Assembly (NCBI GenBank): GCA_964016885.1
Contig: OZ024761.1
Span: 19,654,001-19,718,000, forward strand
Source of the DNA: Eledone cirrhosa
Taxonomy: Eukaryota
DNA length: 64,000 bases
Reading direction: 5' to 3'
Shown here: piece by piece, positions 52,348 to 64,000 of the stretch
How the letters are laid out: every line of letters starts with the position of its first letter
Position numbering within the stretch: the first letter of the stretch is position 1
Notes under the pieces: generated by a model
Told to the model about the DNA's origin: nothing
The model's input: only the letters and a program-made list of their open reading frames with translations
Database searches by the model: none
Made by a program: the position numbers and the translations under genes

Positions 52348-53402
52348 ACCAGCTGTATCCAGTCAGAATTCTCTCACTTCTTTCTGTTCAAACTAGGGTC
52401 ATTGTATTTATATATGGTGCTTTTAGGGCATTTAAAACCTGGTGGAGCCCATCTCTTCTCCAGGTCTGAAGACAGCAGATTTCTTCCAGAGAAGGATAGA
52501 GAGGGTGAGAGCATGGAACTGAGAAAGAGATATAGGGGGAAGAACGACCCCAGTATAAAACTTGTATTTTTTTTATCGACCTCAGAAGAGAGAGTGAGAG
52601 CATGGAACTGAGAAAGAGTCGACCCCAGTATAAAACTGGTACTTTTTTTATCGACCTCAGAAGAGAGAGTGAGAGCATGGAACTGAGAAAGAAATATAGG
52701 GGGAAGAATCGACCCCAGTATAAAACTGGTACTTTTTTTATCGACCTCAGAAGAGAGAGAGAGGAAGGGAGAAAAAGATATAGAGGAAGAATCGACTCCA
52801 GTACTTGACTGCTATTGTATCTGTATGTATGTATGTATGGTCCCGTAACACTCAAGGGAGTCATAGGGCCACCATATTGACATATGGGGTTTCTAGGTCA
52901 TTTTTAAAACCTGGCGGAACCCATGTCCTCTCCAGGTCTGAATTCAGCAGATTTCTTCCAGAGAAGGAGAGAGAGAGAGAGAGAATGGAAGTGAGAAAAA
53001 GATATAGAGGAGGAATCAACCCTAATACTAGACTGGTACTTATTTTTTATCAACCTCGAATGGATGAAAAGTGAGGTTGACCTCCGCAGGATTTGAACTC
53101 ATAGAGCAAAGAGTCAAAATAAATACCACAAACCATTCTATCTGACGTTCTAACGACTCTGCCAGTTTGCCAGTTTGCCACCTTATAGACACTATATAGT
53201 TATTATATTTTTTTTTAGTAATTAGTATTGAGCACTATTAAATGGTCATTAATATATGCTATATAGTCAATCCCGCTGAGGTTGACTTTGCCTTTCATCC
53301 TTACGGGGTCGATAAAATAAAGTACCAGTAATGCACTGGGTAATTGCTGGCCTTGTGCCTAAAGTAGAAACAATTAATATATGCTATATAGTTATTAGTA
53401 TA

Positions 53403-53970
53403 AAGAGTAAAGATCCCCTTTAGTCATGAATGACCATGGGATTTGCACCTAGAAAGCTCCCCTCCAAGACACAAGTCCAGGTAAAGTTGTTTGTAGAAGA
53501 CCAGCAGTCGCCCATGTATATCAGTCTCCCCCTCTCCATGCCACCAATGTTATGCAAGAGAAAGGCAATAGCTGATACAGCATGGCACCAGTGACATTGC
53601 AACTCACGTATAGACTGTATATACATTATATATACACTGTATACATACAATATATGATGTTGTCCAAGGGAAAGGCAATGGCCGATACAGCATGGCACCA
53701 GTGATATTGCAACTTATATATAGACTGTATATACACTATATATACACTGTGTATATACCATATATGATGTTGTCCAAGGGAGTGGTAATGACAGATAAAG
53801 CTTGGCACCAGTGATGTCACAACTCATTTCTACAGCTGAGTGAACTGGAGAGCAATGTGAAATAGTGTCTTGCTCAAGAACACAACACATCACCCGGTCT
53901 GAGAATCAAACTCACAACCTCCCATTTTGCAAGCCCAACGCTCAAACCATTAAGCCACATATGCCTTCAC
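53403..53970 (-). mobile_element. CORE-SINE with a third tail type and an internal tandem duplication
   Basis: tRNA head and CORE then GGTGCCAAGCT..GCGACTGCTGGTCTTC..TCCCATGGTCATTCATGAC. Confidence 0.8.
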
Positions 53971-54004
53971 TTTTAGTAGTACTCAGCATTACTAAATAGT
54001 TTGC

Positions 54005-54372
54005 ATTTGAAATGTCATGTTATAGTCGTCCACTTAGAATTAGCTGGACAGCTCACAGAACAAATGAATCTGTCCTGGAAGAGATTGGTGCCAATTGACA
54101 TTTGGTTGAAACAGTAAGGAAAAGGAAACTTCAGTATTTTGATCATTGTTATCAGGGCTCAACATTTGACTACCCACATCTTTGAGGGACGAATACAGGG
54201 GAAAAGGGCCAGGAGACGATGGAAAAGGAGATGCTCAGATGATATTAAGGAATGAACAGGAAGGAGTTTGGTAGAATGTACGGCAATGGCAAGAGACAGG
54301 AAAAGATGGAGAGTAGTGGTCCATAAGTTCATGACCTGCGACCCTCAGATATGAGGATGGGATGAGAAGAAG
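54005..54372 (+). mobile_element. Decayed RTE LINE 3' fragment
   Basis: LRISWTAHRTNESVLEEI..VRKRKLQYF..DRKRWR with stops and frameshifts. Confidence 0.78.
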
Positions 54373-54858
54373 AGAATATAGTCACTAGTAGATAGCATTA
54401 GTAAATAGTTAATAGTATGGAATATATAGTTACTAGTGAATAGTATTAGTATGGAATATATAGTTACTAGTATATAGTATTAGTATGGTATAGTTACTAG
54501 TGAATAGTGTTAGTATAGTTACTAGTGAATAGTATTAGTATAGAATATATAGTTACTAGTATATAGAATTAGGTTTTTATAAAACAATATAAAACAGTTC
54601 TTAAATAGAAAGAACTCAATACAATAAAATAGAGTAAATAGCAATAACTACAACAAAACAAATACTATATATATGTATAATATATGTATGTATGTTTTAT
54701 ATATATATGTGTGTGTATAATATATATATAATATATTATATTATATATAAACATATATACATGCTCACACATATATACACACACACACATGTGTGTGTGT
54801 GTATGTGCATATGTGTGTGTGTGTATATATATAGTGTGTGTGTGTGTGATTTACTGAC

Positions 54859-54916
54859 CTGTGGTTACCCAAAGTAAGGCACCAATGAAATATAAGATGG
54901 CCGCTGCTGTCGTCAT
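54859..54916 (-). CDS. S1A serine protease exon 1 (signal peptide MTTAAAILYFIGALLWVTT)
   Basis: ATG plus 19-codon hydrophobic leader ending in a phase-1 G|GTCAGT donor; joins exon 2 in frame (G+AC=Asp). Linkage across the 5.2-kb intron is inferred. Confidence 0.75.
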
Positions 54917-55038
54917 CTTCGCTGTTGTTGGTGTTGTCAACAGACTTCAGCACAGTAACCAAAACTACCACAACTACCACAGAAAAGAAAGACACCTCTT
55001 GGTAAGCAGTCAGTCTCAAAGATTTGTTTTTACCTCAA

Positions 55039-55044
55039 TTTATA
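55039..55044 (-). promoter_or_regulatory. Candidate TATA box of the protease gene
   Basis: TATAAA on minus strand about 125 nt upstream of the ATG; AT-rich context makes this weak. Confidence 0.3.
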
Positions 55045-55297
55045 AACAGATTCTCAGTGATGCTCTTAATTGCCTCTAGTGATTTACAATGGTTTTATAA
55101 CCGTTCTAAAATACATACTCACCTCGTCCTATATTCCTCACTGCTTTACATATTTATAACACATTTCGGTTGTATAATCTTCTTTAGAAAATAACTAATT
55201 TATTTATTTAATTAGTCATTCATTATCATAATAATAATAATAATCATTATTATTATAATTATTGCCCCAATAATCATCACTTCTAATTCTTTCAGAT

Positions 55298-56778
55298 TTA
55301 ACCCTTTAGCATTTATATTACTCTATATTTCCTATTGTAGTTTTGTGGTGAAGGCTTTCTCTCAAATAATATTGAATCTATGAGATTTTGATATTATTCA
55401 TTTTGAAAACAATACCTTAATATCAATATGAGCAGCCGGTTAAAACCGGTTGGAACAGAAAGAGGTGAGAGAATTCTGGCCGGATATGGCCGGTTTAAAT
55501 GCTTAAAAGGTTAACCTTTAAACTGCCAGAATCCAGCTCTGATTTTTCAATACTAACTTACTTATTTTAAAGGGATTTTACTTATCTCAAAACCTTCAAT
55601 CATAAATTTTATGTAAGAATGTTTAACCCTTTAGTATTTATTACTCAATATTTACTATTATATTTTCACAGTAATTATCTCACATAATATTGAATCAACA
55701 GCCGGTTTCAACAGAAAGAGGTGAGAGAATTCTGGCCGGATATGGTTGGTTTAAATGCTAAAGGGTTAAACTTCTCGATACAAAACTGCCCCTGGTTTTC
55801 ACAATACCAATCTGTTTGTTTTAAAGTGTTTAGCTTTGTCGATAAACTTTCTTCTTCTTGGCCCACTTCTTCTCAAAAAGGTCTTGGGGTGTAGAGTCCT
55901 CAAACATTTGTTCCAGCGGGTCCTATCAGCAGCAACCATCTCCAATTGATCCGACTGGATCCCTCAAACGAGACTAGCTGAGCTCATGGATGTTATCCAA
56001 CCATCTTTACTCTGTCTGAGTCTCCTGTAAGTTGGTTTTACCCAGAAAAATCATAATTTAGGGTCACTGGTTTGAAGTTACCCCCCTCACATACCTCCTG
56101 CTCTTGGGTGGCTTGAAAACAATTATGGTTAATACCATTACCCTTCCTCCAGACAAAGCAATAAAAACTAACTAGCCACTCATTGAGAATGAATAAAAAA
56201 TTAAAATGAATATTAATTTTCTGATGATGTGTCATTCCTCCGAAATGTCAGAATCCACTTAACCCATTAGTTATCAACCCGGCCAAAACAATCTTTGGTT
56301 CTATGAAATATAGTCACCCATTTTAAAGGTTTCCAATTTAAATAAAAATCTTCCAACATAATTTTATATAAGAACCTTACATTACGCTACTACCTTAGTA
56401 ATAAAATAATTAATAATTTTAGTAAATACCTCATAATTCTTCATTAATTAATTAAAATAGAGTATATTTCATTAGAAATGCAGTCACGAAAGGGTTAAAG
56501 TATATATCATCATCGTCATCATTTTGTAGATACTCCTTATCCCTGCATGTCGTAAGAGGTGCCTTAACCCTTTAACATTTACATCACTCTATATTTACTA
56601 TTGTATTTTCACTGTAAATACTTTATCTCACGTAATATTAAATCTACGAGATTTTGATATTATTTATTTTGAGAACAATACCTTAACATCAGTGTGAGTG
56701 GCTAGTTACTGCTGGTATGAACAGAAAGAGGTGAGAGAATTCTGGCCAGATATGTCTGGTTTAAATGTTAAAGGGTTG
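55298..56778. mobile_element. Four TTAA-flanked piggyBac-type MITEs (55298-55514, 55623-55769, 56259-56498, 56564-56778)
   Basis: TTAA-CCC...GGG-TTAA termini; 56259-56498 is a second family also at ~33636-33903. Confidence 0.78.
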
Positions 56779-56934
56779 AAAGGGTTTGACATCAGGAAGG
56801 GCATCTAGTTCAAAAACAAGGAGTGGGTTATATTAGTCAGTGGGTTATATTAAGCCCTGCTTAATCAAGAAAACAGCCTTAAAATATGTGTTTATCAGTT
56901 GAACTAAGTCACTATAAGTTTATATAATAATAAA

Positions 56935-59075
56935 AATGTTTCTACTTTTGGCACAAGGCCAGCAGTTACTCCAGTGTATTACTGGTACTTTATTTTATTG
57001 ACCCCATAAGGATGAAAGGCAAAGTTATCCTCGGCGGATTTGAACTCAGAACATAAAAGGGCTGTAACTATATACCACAAAGTATGATGTCTGATGCTTA
57101 CCGATCACTGCTAATCCACTGCCCGTTATACCAATGGTTTCTGATTTAGGTACAAGGCCAGCAATTTTGGGGGAGAGGAAAGTCGATGAAATTTACCCCC
57201 CCACCCCAGTGCATTACTGGTACTTTATTTTATCGACCCCGTAAGGATGAAAGGCAAAGCTAACATCGATGAGATTTAAACTCAGATAAAGGGTCGTAAC
57301 TATATGCCACAAAGCATGTCTGATGCTGTACCAATCACTGCCCTTAATAATAATAATAATAATAATAATAATAGTTTCTACTTTTGGCACAAGGCCAGCA
57401 ATTATCCCAGTACATATTACTGGTACTTTGTTTTATCTACCCCGTAAGGATGAAAGGCAAAGTTAACCTCGGCGGGATTTGAACTCAGACTGTAAAGGGG
57501 CACAACTCTATGCTACAAAGCATGTTGTCCGATGCTCTACCGATTTCTGCCAATCCAAATAATAATAGTTTGTACCATAAGCAGAAGGAGAACATCGATT
57601 AAAATGATACCAGTGCACTACTGGTGTTTTATTTGATCGACCTTCACAGGATTTGAACTCAGAACGTAAACGGCCATAACTCTATGCCACAAAGCATGTT
57701 GTCCGATGCTCTACCGATTTCTGTCAATCCCCCCACCCTTAATAACAATAAAAAACAAGCTTTCTCAAACAGTGAATCTTTATTTTATTTGTAAAGTGAT
57801 GAAGCAACAAGCATTTCGTAAATAATTATAAAATATTTGAGCAAAAAAAAAAATTAAAAAAAAATTGAGAGGGTGGGGGGAACAAGAGTGAAGGGGAAGG
57901 GGGGTACATTTTTCTAAAAAAATAAAATAAAATATACATACTTTTGTGTGTAAGCTTGATTAGGGAGGCAGGGGGGAAAGGAGGAGGGTTGTTAATTATG
58001 AAAGAAAATAAAACATACATACAATAGTAATAAACAAAAAAAAAAACACCCAGACAGGTTCTGGATCATCATCATCATCATCATCATTACAAAGTAAGAG
58101 GAGACGTCAGACAAAGTGCCTTGTGGTGTTTGTTACAGGTCTTGACAAAGACGAGTTCAAATCTCGCCGAGGTCAACGTTGCCTGTCGATTTTTCTCCTC
58201 TGTATCAGTAAAATAAAGTACCAGTAATACACTGGTGCTGATTTAATTAACTGACAACAGCCTCCACCTCTTCTTCCTCCTCAGAATTGCTGTCCTTGTG
58301 CCCCAATTAGAAACAACCATTATATATCTCTAACAGAGGTATAAACCCTAAGACCAGAAATTTCAAGGAGGGTGGGACGGGGGTTCGTTAATTCAATCAA
58401 CACCAGAACGTGACTGGTACTATATTTTATCAACCTGAGAACGATGAAAGGCAAAGTTGACCACATGGAGTAAAGGGGCGGAACTCTGTGCAACAGAGCA
58501 TATTGTCTGACACTATACCGATTACTGCCAGTTTACTGTCTTACTACTACCAATAATAATTGTTTCTACTCAGCAATTACCCCAGAGCATTACTGGTACT
58601 TTATTTTATCGACCTCATATGGATGAGAGGCAAAGCTAAGCTCGGCAGGATTTGAACTCTGAACGTAAAGGCCCATAACTCTATGCTGCAAGACACTCTA
58701 CCGATACTGCCAATCCACCACCTACCTATGTATGATAATAATTGTTTCTACTTTTGGCACAAGGCCAGCAATTACCCCAGTGAATTACTGGAACTTTATT
58801 TTATCGACTGTAAGGCATGGTGTCTGACGCTCTACTGATTCTGCCAATCCACCGCCACCTTTACTACTACTACTAATAATGGTTTCTGATTTACGCACAA
58901 GGCCAGCAATTTTGAGGGAGGGGGAAAGTCAATTAAATCTACACTCAGTGCATTACTGGTACTTTATTTTATCAACCTGAGAACGATGAAAGACAAAGTT
59001 GGCCTCAGTGGGATTTGAACTCGGAAAGTAAAGGGCTATAACTAAACACCCTGAATCATTTTGTCTGATCAGCCA
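56935..59075 (-). mobile_element. Dense cluster of about 10 Nin/Deu-domain SINEs (one inverted at ~58140-58320)
   Basis: Repeated GGCACAAGGCCAGCAATT..GGATGAAAGGCAAAG..TTTGAACTCAG. Confidence 0.85.
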
Positions 59076-59331
59076 AGCTGCAAACCTTGATAATGTTAAA
59101 GTGAAGGATAAAAAATACAAGTAAATTACAAAACAAAAAAACCCAAAACGAGAAAATTGATATTACTTTAAGGCACAGAATTTCTGAACTAAAAAACAAA
59201 ACAAAGGGTCCAGCAAAAAAAACAAACAAAACAAAAAAATATTAAGAGGGTGTGAGGATATGCTTTAGAAAAAAAGGGGCCGGGATGGGTTTCTAATTAT
59301 AACATGCAGTATATAAATTAGTGTTACAATC

Positions 59332-59365
<34 letters not shown>

Positions 59366-59810
59366 TTAATATTATATACATTATATATATATATATATAA
59401 TAAACATTATATGCATTATTTATATATATATATGTTATATATACATTATATATTATATATATACATTATATATATATGTTATATATATACATTATATATA
59501 TATGTTATATATATACATTATATATATATGTTATATATATACATTATATATATATGTTATATATATACATTATATATATATGTTATATATATACATTATA
59601 TATATATATGTTATATATACATTATATATATATATGTTATATATACATTATATATATTACATACTTTATTTAGGTAATTACAGTTACAAGTGGCATGCTG
59701 TTCAACGCACTCAATACTGTTATAATGATTCTACCTACTTATATATATATATATATATATATATATGGTGCTATTAAGCTTGGGTCAATACTGGCCGAAA
59801 CCTCTCAAAG

Positions 59811-59845
<35 letters not shown>

Positions 59846-59984
59846 CACATACATCATTAATAATACTCACACACATTCAACTACACCCTTTCATATCATC
59901 TCCGCAGTTTCCTCCACCCAACAATATTGTCATCCACATTGTTTCACCTAGTAGTAGTAGTAGTAAGAATAGTAATAATAATAA

Positions 59985-60215
59985 TAATTGTTTCTGATTT
60001 AGGCACAAGGCCAGCAATTTGAAGGGAAGCGAAAGTCGATTAAATTGACCCCAGTGCATTACTGGTACTTTATTTTATCCACCTCCATAAGGACGAAAGG
60101 CTAAGTTAAGCTTGGCAGGATTTGAACTCAGAATGTAAAGGGACATAGTTATATGCCGCACAGCATCTTATCCAACACTCTACCGATTCTGCCAATCCAC
60201 CGCCCTAATAATAAT

Positions 60216-60252
<37 letters not shown>

Positions 60253-60440
60253 ATAATTGTTTCTACTTTAGGCACAAGGCCAGCAATTACCCAGTGCATT
60301 ACTGGTACTTTATTTTATCAACCCCGTAAGGATGAAAGGCAAAGTCAACCTTGGCGGGATTTGAACTCAGATCGTAAAGGGACGTAACTATGCTGGAAAG
60401 CATGGCGTCCGACCCTCTACCGATACTGCCAATCCACACA
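59985..60440 (-). mobile_element. Two full Nin/Deu-domain SINEs
   Basis: tRNA head GTGGATTGGCAG..GAGTTCAAATCC, Nin core, (ATT)n tail. Confidence 0.85.
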
Positions 60441-60791
60441 TAATAATAATAATAAATTTGAAGACTAAAATCCAAAGAGGGCTCGATAAGGATAAATATA
60501 TATCAAATATATAAGAACCCTAGAGCCAATATTTATTAAAATAACAGATTAAAGTTTAAGCAAAGAATTGCTGCTTTCACCCTTAACGGGATCTTCTGAG
60601 TTTCAGAAGATCTCGTTAAGGGTGAAAGCAGCGATTCTTTGCTCAAACTTTAATCTGTTATTTTAATAAATATATATATATATATATTTTGTTTATTATC
60701 TTATATATATATATATTGTTTATTATCTTGTGGATATCATTTGATATGCAGATATAGATGTAGATATCAAATGATATCTACATCTCCTGTG

Positions 60792-60868
60792 TATTTTATC
60801 TGAAGAGAACATGTTTTGACTTATGTTATACACGAGCCATACATCTTCGAAATACGTCTAATAAAATA
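60792..60868 (+). ncRNA. Type-I hammerhead ribozyme (I)
   Basis: TATTTTAT-CTGAAGA-GAAC-ATGT..ACAT-CTTC-GAAA-TACGT-CTA^-ATAAAATA; one stem III mismatch. Confidence 0.65.
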
Positions 60869-61741
60869 AATAGGAGTGGACTAAAGTAACTATCTTTTGT
60901 TTATTATAATAATAATGAAATTATTGTGTAAAGTGCTCAGGTGCACCACAACTCGTCAATATAGTACATAGAATAATACACAAATGTCATGGAATTACAT
61001 GTGTGTATAGGGGTCGATAAAATAAAGTACCAGTAATGTACTGGGTGATTGCTGGCCTTGTGCCAAAAGTAGAAACAATTATTATCATAACAAAACTCCG
61101 GATAATCATATACCGTTGAGTACTTGGCATCTGCTCTGTAAAAGTCAGCCGATTCTAAATCAACTGACCCTCTTTAATTAAACTAATATATATAATTGTT
61201 TCATATATAATGTGTGTGTGTATATATATATATATATATAAGAAGACAAAACAAAGGTGAACAAATAATAGGATTAAATCTGACCACATCACAACTGCCC
61301 CTCCTCCTCCCCCTCCCCTAAACCTCTCTATAACAAGCAACCTACTCAATCTTCTCCCCCAATTATCTCCCCTTGTAACATTTCAATATTTTTTTATAAA
61401 ACAAACTTTTTCTTTTACTTTTCTTAGTATTTCTCATTTTTTTTTCTTTTCCGGAATTTATATATATATATATATTTATTATATATATTATGTATATATA
61501 CATATATGTATACATATGTATATATACATATATGTAGATATACATATATGTATATATACATATATATATATAGATAGTTTTATTTATTTGTGTTACCACA
61601 AGTTTCGTAGACATAACGCAAATCTCCCTACACCTTCAGAAAATTTTTTTCTAATTTAAAAACACCTGAAGGAAGATGTCTATGAAACGCATGATAGTTC
61701 AAATGCGTAAATAAGTAAGACTTTTAATATATAAACACACA

Positions 61742-61793
<52 letters not shown>

Positions 61794-61927
61794 TAGTCTC
61801 AACTTCTTCATGATGTATTTATCACTCTTTTCTTTCATTTGTACCTATATATATATAAGTTTATATACACATATACATAATATATATATATATATATATA
61901 CACATGTATACAAAATATATATATTCT

Positions 61928-62100
61928 CTAGAAGCAGAAGCGCATGTTGGGTTTGTATCCAAGTTTATCTAGATTTGGTATGCAGGCAGCATTTATCATA
62001 GGTGGTGGGCCACACATGAGGACCAGGACATCATCTGCTGGGGGTGGAAGATGCTCCTTAATCATAGTGTCATTGATAAACCCTGAACTGAAATCCCAGC
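61928..62100 (-). CDS. CYB5R3: NADH-cytochrome b5 reductase, last exon
   Basis: TTGTAG acceptor; (G)[59 protein letters not shown]; diagnostic CGPPPM motif and C-terminal Phe. Confidence 0.95.
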
Positions 62101-62149
62101 CTACAATATAAGAAATATTAGACAATAAGATAATGGAGAAAAATAACAT

Positions 62150-62785
62150 TACATAGACACACAGACACACCCAGGTAAACATACACACACATAGAAGCAA
62201 GCACAGACACACATACATACAGAGACAGACATATACACACATACAGAGAACAGGCAGGTACCCACACGTATAGACATACACATACATACAGAGACAGACA
62301 TATACACACATACAGAGAACAGGCAGGTACACACACGTACAGACATACACATACATACAGAGAGACATACACATACATACAGAGACAGACATACACATAC
62401 ATACAGACATACACATACATACAGAGACAGACATACACATACATACAGAGACAGACATACACATACATACAGAGACAGACATACACATACATACAGAGAC
62501 AGACATACACATACATACAGAGACAGACATACACATACATACAGAGACAGACATACACATACATACAGAGACATACACATACATAGAGACAGACATACAC
62601 ATACATACAGAGACAGACATATACACACATACAGAGACAGACATATACACACATACAGAGAACAGGCAGGTACACACACGTACAGACATACACATACATA
62701 CAGAGACAGACATATATACACCCAGGTACAGACATATACACATATAGAGGCAGACAGGTAGTCACACATACACACACACACACAT
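62150..62785. repeat. ACAT/AGAC-rich ~24-bp repeat filling the last CYB5R intron
   Basis: Direct reading. Confidence 0.9.
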
Positions 62786-62821
62786 CCAAAATTGACCCCT
62801 AAGATGACCACCACTACCTAC

Positions 62822-62921
62822 CTTCTTCTGGCTTGTCAACGGTGTACCATAGCTTGAACAGGTCAGGATGGTCCTCAGATATCTTCTCCAACTCTGGACG
62901 AATGAGAATATCTTTCTCAGT
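62822..62921 (-). CDS. CYB5R3: NADH-cytochrome b5 reductase, penultimate exon (upstream exons outside window)
   Basis: TTTCAG acceptor; TEKDILIRPELEKISEDHPDLFKLWYTVDKPEE(G); GTAGGT donor; matches the CYB5R NADH-binding domain (symbol is family-level, CYB5R1/2/3-like). Confidence 0.93.
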
Positions 62922-62958
62922 CTGAAAAATATACAATATATGTTTATATGTGTATATA

Positions 62959-63517
62959 TGGAGGCTCATAGCTTGGTTAGAGCATTGGCCTTGCAATCGA
63001 AAGGTTGTGAGTTCAATTCTCAGACCGGGTGATGTGTTGTGTCCTTGAGCAAGACACTTCATTTCACATTGCTCCAGTTTACTCAGCTGTAGAAATGAGA
63101 TGATAGAGACTGGGGTCCCTATCATTCCACTGCAAAGTGGTCGTGGAGGTGCCACGGCAAAAAAGCACCCAGCCCACACTGTAAAGTGGACGTGTAGGCG
63201 CCATGGAAAAAGAGCACCCAGCACTCACTGTAAATGAGGTTGGTGTTAGGAAGGGCATCCAGCTGTAGAAATAAAGCCAGAATCAGTTCTCGTCCCACCT
63301 TTGCAAGCAGGGAAAAGCGGACGTAAAATGATGATGATATATATATATACACTGTAAATGTGGTTGGTGTTAGGAAGGGCATCCAACTGTAGAAAACCTG
63401 CCAGACAGTCCTATGCGAGCAAGACAATCACTCTTGCCTCAAGTGGGAAAACCCCCGTCCAAACCCATGCAAGCGTGGAACACGGACGTTAAACGTTGAT
63501 GATGATGATGATGATGA
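62959..63517 (+). mobile_element. CORE-SINE plus adjacent SINE 3' fragment in CYB5R intron
   Basis: Match to 29487-29826 and 2996-3220. Confidence 0.87.
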
Positions 63518-64000
63518 TATATGTCAGGTTGCTCTTCAGCACTACTGGTAACATGTAACCCAGTGCAACCTGTGTGTGGTCGGGTTGTCGGCGACTAAAC
63601 CAGCAACCCCACCAAGCTTGCTTGGTGAGGAGAGTGAATTTGGACATCCTGCAGGATGTAAAACAAAACCCGCCAAAGGGTGGAAGAACTCAGGAAAGTC
63701 AACGGCCATCCAATAAAGTATTTTTTTTGTGGAGCGAGAGACTCCTAATCTTCATTAAGACATCTCTCTAGGAGAAGGTCACTCTGATATAAAACCTGCG
63801 ACTTCGTTTGCATCCAATGATGTAGACCAGTTCCTTTTTGGGCAAATGCATTCGATATTCAAAGATTGGGATTGGCTCTGTGCAAAGCCTTTCCTCACTT
63901 AAAAAAGCTTCCTCACTTAAAAAAGCTTTGAGCACAGGCATAGCTTGATATGTGACATTTTTTGTGATGCATGTTATTGCTGGCCATAGGCAAGGAGGAG

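Noticed and set aside
54861-55079. Plus-strand ORF with hydrophobic stretch (MAAAVVIFAVVGVV)
   Set aside because: Antisense shadow of protease exon 1 and its 5' UTR; no downstream plus-strand exons found

Overview
Eukaryotic, extremely repeat-rich genomic DNA, most likely an octopod cephalopod (inferred from the tRNA-derived CORE- and Nin/Deu-domain SINEs, RTE LINE remnants and massive (TA)n/(CA)n/(GA)n/(GGT)n load). Almost all listed ORFs are microsatellite artefacts. Two real genes can be reconstructed by hand, both on the minus strand: (1) a complete 6-exon secreted chymotrypsin-like S1 serine protease (54916->42826, 271 aa, intact His/Asp/Ser triad, all introns GT-AG and phase-consistent) and (2) the last two exons of an NADH-cytochrome b5 reductase. 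The most interesting signal is a dense, sequence-diverse set of minimal type-I hammerhead ribozyme motifs (CUGANGA...GAAA...NUH) in short elements anchored in (TA)n tracts, mainly at 17-26 kb, some in same-strand tandem 284-360 nt apart (Penelope-like/retrozyme-type system), together with long fold-back hairpins. Also notable are a near-perfect hairpin that buries the protease UGA stop codon, a Phe-type activation site, a visible LINE-SINE shared tail, and minisatellites born from LINE/SINE pieces. Coordinates were counted by hand; repeat boundaries are approximate.
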